A stretch of 64,000 bases of DNA, from positions 64,001 to 128,000 of the forward strand of contig CAWHXP010000003.1 in assembly GCA_963833425.1 (NCBI GenBank), given 5' to 3'. The stretch comes from an uncultured Methanosarcinaceae archaeon. Lineage in GTDB: Archaea; Halobacteriota; Methanosarcinia; Methanosarcinales; Methanosarcinaceae. Below the pieces are notes generated by a model, which did no database searches, was not told the origin of the DNA, and was given only the letters and a program-made list of their open reading frames with translations. Below, piece after piece: positions 58,608 through 64,000 of the stretch. Position numbers and translations under genes: made by a program. Each line of letters opens with the position of its first letter. Within the stretch, counting starts at the first letter, position 1.

Positions 58608-60521
58608 ATGGCTGAAGATAACCGGATGCGCAGGGTTGTTCCTGACACTAGTGTAATTATTGATGGGAGGCTTTCGCATCGCATCAAAAGTGGTGAGTTC
58701 AAGGGCGCTGAGGTTATTATTCCCGAAGCTGTGGTATCTGAACTCGAAGCCCAAGCAAACAAAGGCAGAGAGATAGGTTTTAAAGGACTTGAAGAGCTTT
58801 CAGAACTCCGCAAGTTGGCGGACATCGGAGAAATTCAGCTTCTATTTAGTGGCGTTCAACCCACTCTTGGGGAAATAAAAATGTCCAAAGAGGGTAGGGT
58901 AGATGCCCTTATCCGAAGTACGGCTATAGATATCGGAGGACTGTTTGTAAGCGAAGACAGGGTACAAGCCCTTATAGCTAGAGCAAAGGGGCTTGATGTA
59001 GAGTACATGTCCCCCAAGATCCTGAACCCCTCAGAACTTTTGCCTCTCAAATTAGATTCTTTTTTCACTGACGATACAATGTCCGTGCACCTGAAAAATA
59101 GAGTACCACCCATGGCTAAGAAGGGGCCCCTAGGAAATGTGCTCTATGCAAGGATTCGGGAAGAACCTGTCAGTTATTCGGAGCTATCTGGTATTTCAAA
59201 AGAACTTATTGAAAGAGCACGATTAGACCCAGAATCTTTCATCGAGATGTCTTTAGATGGAGCTACTGTTCTTCAAATCCGGAATGTGAGAATTGCAATT
59301 ACACATCCACCTTTTTCCGATGATATGGAGATTACAGCTGTCAGGCCAACAGTGATTGTAGATCTTGAGCACTACAGCTTGAGCTATGAGCTGAAAGAAC
59401 GTATTTTAAGTCAGCGTGGCGTTCTTATTGCCGGACCACCAGGAGCCGGGAAATCGACTTTTGCTGCAGGAGTCGCGCGTTACCTGAACGACCACGGACA
59501 GGTAGTCAAAACTATGGAATCTCCAAGAGACCTGCAGGTACCTCCTGAAATTACTCAATATTCACCACTGGATGGTAAGATGGAAAATACTGCCGATCTT
59601 TTGCTTCTGGTCAGGCCAGATTATACGATATATGATGAAGTTCGGAAGACCGTTGATTTCCGACTTTTTGCAGATATGCGCCTCGCTGGAGTAGGAATGA
59701 TAGGAGTAGTGCATGCTACAAGAGCAGTGGATGCCATTCAACGCCTGATTGGAAGAGTTGAACTGGGCGTGATTCCTCAGGTAGTAGATACTGTCATTTT
59801 CATCGATAAAGGCGAGGTTTCAAAGGTTCTGTTGCTTGCATTTACAGTTAAAGTTCCTCATGGGATGACAGAACAGGATCTTTCAAGGCCTGTGATTACA
59901 ATTGCAGATTTCGAGACTGGAAAAGTCGAATATGAGATTTACACATATGGAGAACAGGTTGTGGTTATGCCAATAGAATCTTCTAAAGAGGTGAGGAAAC
60001 CTACATGGAGGATTGCTGAAGAGGAGATAAAAAGTTTTATTGGGAGATATGCATCTGGCCCTATTGAAGTTGAGATAACATCAGATGACAGTGCGCTAGT
60101 GAAGGTCAGGGATGAAGAAATGCGAAAAGTCATTGGCAAGGGCGGGAGAATTATTGACCAAATCGAAAATACTCTGGGGCTTCATATTGAAGTCAGGGAA
60201 ATAGATACTCCAAGAATCTCCAGAGGAAGAAGAAGAGCTAAAAATGAAGTTCCTCAGCAGAAATCCAGGCTTCCTGGCCTTGAGGAGGAAGAGATTATCT
60301 CTTCGGCTCGTCCTTTTATCGAAATAAACAAGAAACATCTTATCCTGAAAGTTCCGGAGCTTGCAGGAAAGAACGTGGAAATATTCATCGAAGACAAATA
60401 TCTCTTCAGTGCACCGGTAAGCCGACATGGAGAAGTGAAACTCAGGATAAATTCTGATCTTGCATCAGATATTATTGAAGCTCAAAATGGAGGAGATTTG
60501 ATTGAAATAAGACTTATCTAG
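58608..60521 (+). CDS. PIN-domain ATPase with KH domain (PINA, Holliday-junction branch migration ATPase family)
   Basis: PDTSVIIDG PIN domain, GPPGAGKST, DEVR, GVVHAT, VIGKGG KH. Confidence 0.93.
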   Translation: MAEDNRMRRVVPDTSVIIDGRLSHRIKSGEFKGAEVIIPEAVVSELEAQANKGREIGFKGLEELSELRKLADIGEIQLLFSGVQPTLGEIKMSKEGRVDALIRSTAIDIGGLFVSEDRVQALIARAKGLDVEYMSPKILNPSELLPLKLDSFFTDDTMSVHLKNRVPPMAKKGPLGNVLYARIREEPVSYSELSGISKELIERARLDPESFIEMSLDGATVLQIRNVRIAITHPPFSDDMEITAVRPTVIVDLEHYSLSYELKERILSQRGVLIAGPPGAGKSTFAAGVARYLNDHGQVVKTMESPRDLQVPPEITQYSPLDGKMENTADLLLLVRPDYTIYDEVRKTVDFRLFADMRLAGVGMIGVVHATRAVDAIQRLIGRVELGVIPQVVDTVIFIDKGEVSKVLLLAFTVKVPHGMTEQDLSRPVITIADFETGKVEYEIYTYGEQVVVMPIESSKEVRKPTWRIAEEEIKSFIGRYASGPIEVEITSDDSALVKVRDEEMRKVIGKGGRIIDQIENTLGLHIEVREIDTPRISRGRRRAKNEVPQQKSRLPGLEEEEIISSARPFIEINKKHLILKVPELAGKNVEIFIEDKYLFSAPVSRHGEVKLRINSDLASDIIEAQNGGDLIEIRLI

Positions 60522-60614
60522 TTTTCTCAATTCCCTTTTTTCAACACTTTTTACATCCTTAATTCAGTCTAATTTTTTAGTTTTTTTTAATAAGATTTGT
60601 TTGCTATTTTTATT

Positions 60615-60703
60615 GAGAATTTCGATAGATTTCAATTTCAAAAATATCATATATTATGCATCATAAACGACCAGACAATATATTGGGATTTATCGAAATC
60701 TTC
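60615..60703. mobile_element. Short MITE with IS5-type ends (~90 bp)
   Basis: GAGAATTTCGATA ... TATCGAAATCTTC matches the TIRs of the IS5 copies. Confidence 0.7.
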
Positions 60704-60829
60704 TTTACCGTATTATTCATTTAATAATCGTATATCAATTTCTTACGTCTCGGATAGAGGTGATACATTAGTTTGAATATAATATTGTTTACGGATATTA
60801 TAAGCCACATTTTAAATTTATCACTTATT

Positions 60830-61290
60830 CAAGGAGAAGAGTTTCATCTGAGGGAAAGATTAGATGATTAAGTTAAGAAAATTCAGAGTCAACTAGCGAG
60901 AAATGTTGAACGAGTTAAAATTGTACTGTTAAGTCTTGAGGGGATAAACAACAATGAAACCTCTTTGTAATCAAAAGATGCTTGCAATGCATTAAAAACT
61001 CAAATACAATGAGTTTTAGGCTTAATTAGAGAAAGCCTGGAGATGAAAAATAAGGTGGAAGGCAAAGAACCATTACAGACAGACTGACCCCATAAATAGA
61101 TTAGTAAAATTGCAGATATAAAACCTGAAATTTCGGCTATCCACGTGAAATATGCCAATACAGATCATTACCAAGTCCATTAAGAAAAACTATAACAGGA
61201 AGCATATCCTAGATTATTAAAGATCAATCAAGGATGATTTCAAAAATCTTGAATGCAAGTAGTACAAAACCCACCTTCTGAGATATACCA
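60830..61290 (+). mobile_element. IS630-family transposase remnant, highly decayed
   Basis: Fragments VERVKIVLLSLEGINNNE, GRQRTITD and FGYPRE resemble an IS630 HTH region; many stops. Confidence 0.55.
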
Positions 61291-62868
61291 AGAATACAAT
61301 ATATTTTCCCAATATGCCAATCGATTAAAAATTAATCTCACTTTCAACTAATAATAGTGGCCAACCGGGCAAAAAAATTCGACATATTTATACATATGTG
61401 TAATGTCTTATCAAATATTCACATTTGCTTAATAATTCTTCCTTGTTTCCTTGGTTTTCAACATGGTTTTTAATAAATCGGAAGCTTAACATCACCTACA
61501 GTTCCAATGTAACCCCTATCATTCCACAGTTTACCACCAAATAACTGTTTTTTAATTATCACCGCATTATTTTAAGATTTTACTTACTACGATACTTTTT
61601 ATAATCTATATCACTATTGAAGAAGAATGCTTTTTGCCTGTCACCAATGAAAAGATGATATGCACGCCAACATTACAGATTGTATCAAACTCAAAATAGT
61701 ATTTTTTTTTACCAATTCCAAAGCATACATATTTTAAATAGTTGATAAATTCATAGTCTAAATAAATTTTGTACGATGCGTCCTAAAAAAGAGTTTATAT
61801 TATTTTAGAGATGCAATTGTTTGCATGACTTCTTTCATTTTTATAATGAAAAATGTAGCTTAAAATATAACTCAATTATTTAACACCGGTTATCTGAGAA
61901 GTTTCCATCTCGGCAGCTTGCTGCAAAGTATTCGACTGGAATTAAAAAACCTAAAAGATAGATCTCAAAAAAGATTCATATAGAATCAAAATCTTCAAAT
62001 TAACTAGCACTAAGTGCTTTTATTTATCTGAATCTTTCACGCAAACTCTCAAATTAAAATTTTAACTTAAAAATCTATCTTCTTTAATTAATTATAGCCC
62101 CGTATTTCTTTAATCCGACTAAAATAAAATTATAATAGCACAAAGTTTTCCCTGCTCATGGGTAAACATCTTGTTGTAGATAAAGGGGACTCTTGAGTAC
62201 CGATCTAAAAAATTATATTAGTATAGAAAGTACTTCAATTTGCCAATTTTTGTACATCCTCGACATAGACTATATTGCAAAGCATGTCGAAAATAATTTT
62301 TATAACACCAAGAGTTGACACTTGAAGTACAGTGTTTTTTTCTGATTAGACTATTTGTGATGAATTATTTCAGAAAACTTTCTTGTGATAAAACTATTTC
62401 TTCCTAAACAGAAGAAACTCTATGCCATTTTTGATGAAAATGAATAAATAAAATTTCCTTCAGGTGGAATCCTTCATTATTTATGAAGTACAATCTCGGG
62501 GGAAAAAGAATCAGTGAGATAATTATGTTGTTTATTAGAGATAATACATAATTTCTATTTAAGAACTTTACATGTTTAATTTTCTATAAAGATTACGGAA
62601 AAGAACGGAATTAAAATGTGTGAGTTAGTTTTTTTCGTGTGAATTAACAAAAAAATTTTTAAATAAATAAGAATAGTCATTAGTAACTAAGGCAAATCTA
62701 ACTACTGTTTCCATGGGAAGATTTATATAATGAAAATACGATGTAAGAGTAGTAGAAAATAAAGAGACGTATAATCTGTTATTAAAAACCAATTTTTTGT
62801 TTTTATAATGATCTTATACAATCTTATTTTTTTTATATCATTACCCGCTAAAGCGGAGGTGAAACAAA

Positions 62869-63078
62869 ATGGCTTTTAATGACAGAGGAAATTCATTCCG
62901 TGGTGGCAGCAGAGGCGGCAGTCATGGTGGTGGTTTCAGAGGGGGCAGTAGTGGTCCTAGAGAAATGACCAAAGTGATATGCTCGGATTGTGGCGTTGAG
63001 ACCGAAGTCCCGTTTAAACCAAATGAAGGGCGGCCTGTTTACTGTAGAGAATGTCTTCCTAACCACAGAAAATTTTAA
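62869..63078 (+). CDS. CxxC-x17-CxxC domain protein with RGG-rich N-terminus
   Basis: GGAGGTG SD; PREMTKVICSDCGVETEVPFKP.EGRPVYCREC. Confidence 0.92.
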   Translation: MAFNDRGNSFRGGSRGGSHGGGFRGGSSGPREMTKVICSDCGVETEVPFKPNEGRPVYCRECLPNHRKF

Positions 63079-63369
63079 GGATAATCTGATTTGAGTGTTT
63101 AAGCTGCGTTAAGTGCTAATTTCTTAACTTAATTTTAATTAACACTTAATCCATTTTCATTACTATTTAGCTGTTATTCTTTCCATTTTTCACTTTTGTT
63201 TTTGCTAAATATTTAACTTAATAAGTAAATTGTAGTTGTTCGGGTGAAGCAGATATAGGTGATGATTCCAACGGAAAAGGTAAGTCAAATCGGAATTGAG
63301 AATCAAAACCAATAGAAACAATTAAACGTTGAAATTGTTGATATAAAAATCATGATAAGAGGAATTAAT

Positions 63370-63720
63370 TTGGCTAATTACAGGAGCACTATTAGAAAAA
63401 GACAAGCAGGATTCAATAAACCAGTAAACTCAGGGGACACACCTGAAATAACAAGGGTACGAACTCCCCGTAAGGACAGAAACGAAGTCCTTGCAACAGT
63501 AGCAAGTTTACTTGGATCAAAAAGAGTCACACTGCAATGCACGGACGGAGTTATCCGAATGGGCAGGATCCCTGGATCCAAGAAAAAAAGAATGTGGATC
63601 CGTGAAGGCGATGTTGTCATAGCCAATCCTTGGGAAGTTCAGAACTCGAAAGCTGATGTTACCTGGAAATACACAAGACCCCAGGTCGAATGGCTTGAAA
63701 GAAAAGGGTACCTTGATTAA
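63370..63720 (+). CDS. eif1a: Translation initiation factor aIF-1A
   Basis: [36 protein letters not shown]; probable TTG start. Confidence 0.95.
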   Translation: MANYRSTIRKRQAGFNKPVNSGDTPEITRVRTPRKDRNEVLATVASLLGSKRVTLQCTDGVIRMGRIPGSKKKRMWIREGDVVIANPWEVQNSKADVTWKYTRPQVEWLERKGYLD

Positions 63721-64000
63721 AATATCTCAAGGGATATCAGTTATTTTTCATAGCGCTACATTGACCTGTAGCCTTAATGAATAAATGATTTTGAATAGTA
63801 GCAATAATAGGATCATTAAACCTAAGAACCCCAAATTGAAGTCACAAAAAAGGTGGTATCCTTAATTAAGTTTTTGACGCATTCATAATTAAGCATCCAG
63901 CGCAACGAATTTTTGCATTTTCATGCTATAAGCAAATTCTTCTTTAACATCCTTAATGAAGCGCTGAATAAAAAGCGAGAAAGAGCACTAAGTAAGTTTT

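Noticed and set aside
1..64000. tRNA or rRNA genes
   Set aside because: None recognised by eye; tRNAscan-SE and barrnap would be needed to exclude them formally.

Overview
This is an AT-rich chromosomal segment from a Methanosarcina-type methanogenic archaeon, judged from the MtaB fragment, the archaeal ribosomal and cobalamin genes, and the PKD/YVTN surface-protein remnants. Intact core blocks are ftsZ-secE-spt5-rpl11-rpl1-rpl10-rpl12, DUF99-pan with divergent aMBF1, an isocitrate-type dehydrogenase beside a Re-citrate-synthase-like enzyme, cbiT-L-F-G-G-H-C, DUF460, hisI, the PINA ATPase and aIF-1A. Between them lie heavily eroded accessory regions (about 1-26 kb, 48.8-57.7 kb and 60.6-62.8 kb) full of pseudogenes, IS6/IS5/IS630/IS605 remnants and MITEs. 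The best candidate for an undescribed system is a cluster of three ~105-nt non-coding units at 22.1-24.7 kb. Each has its own TATA promoter at identical spacing and a conserved hairpin scaffold around a fixed-length variable segment. Also unexplained are a ~210-bp long inverted repeat (10.35-11.24 kb) and a perfect 216-bp tandem duplication upstream of the cbi operon. All family calls come from motif recognition by eye; no database searches were run.
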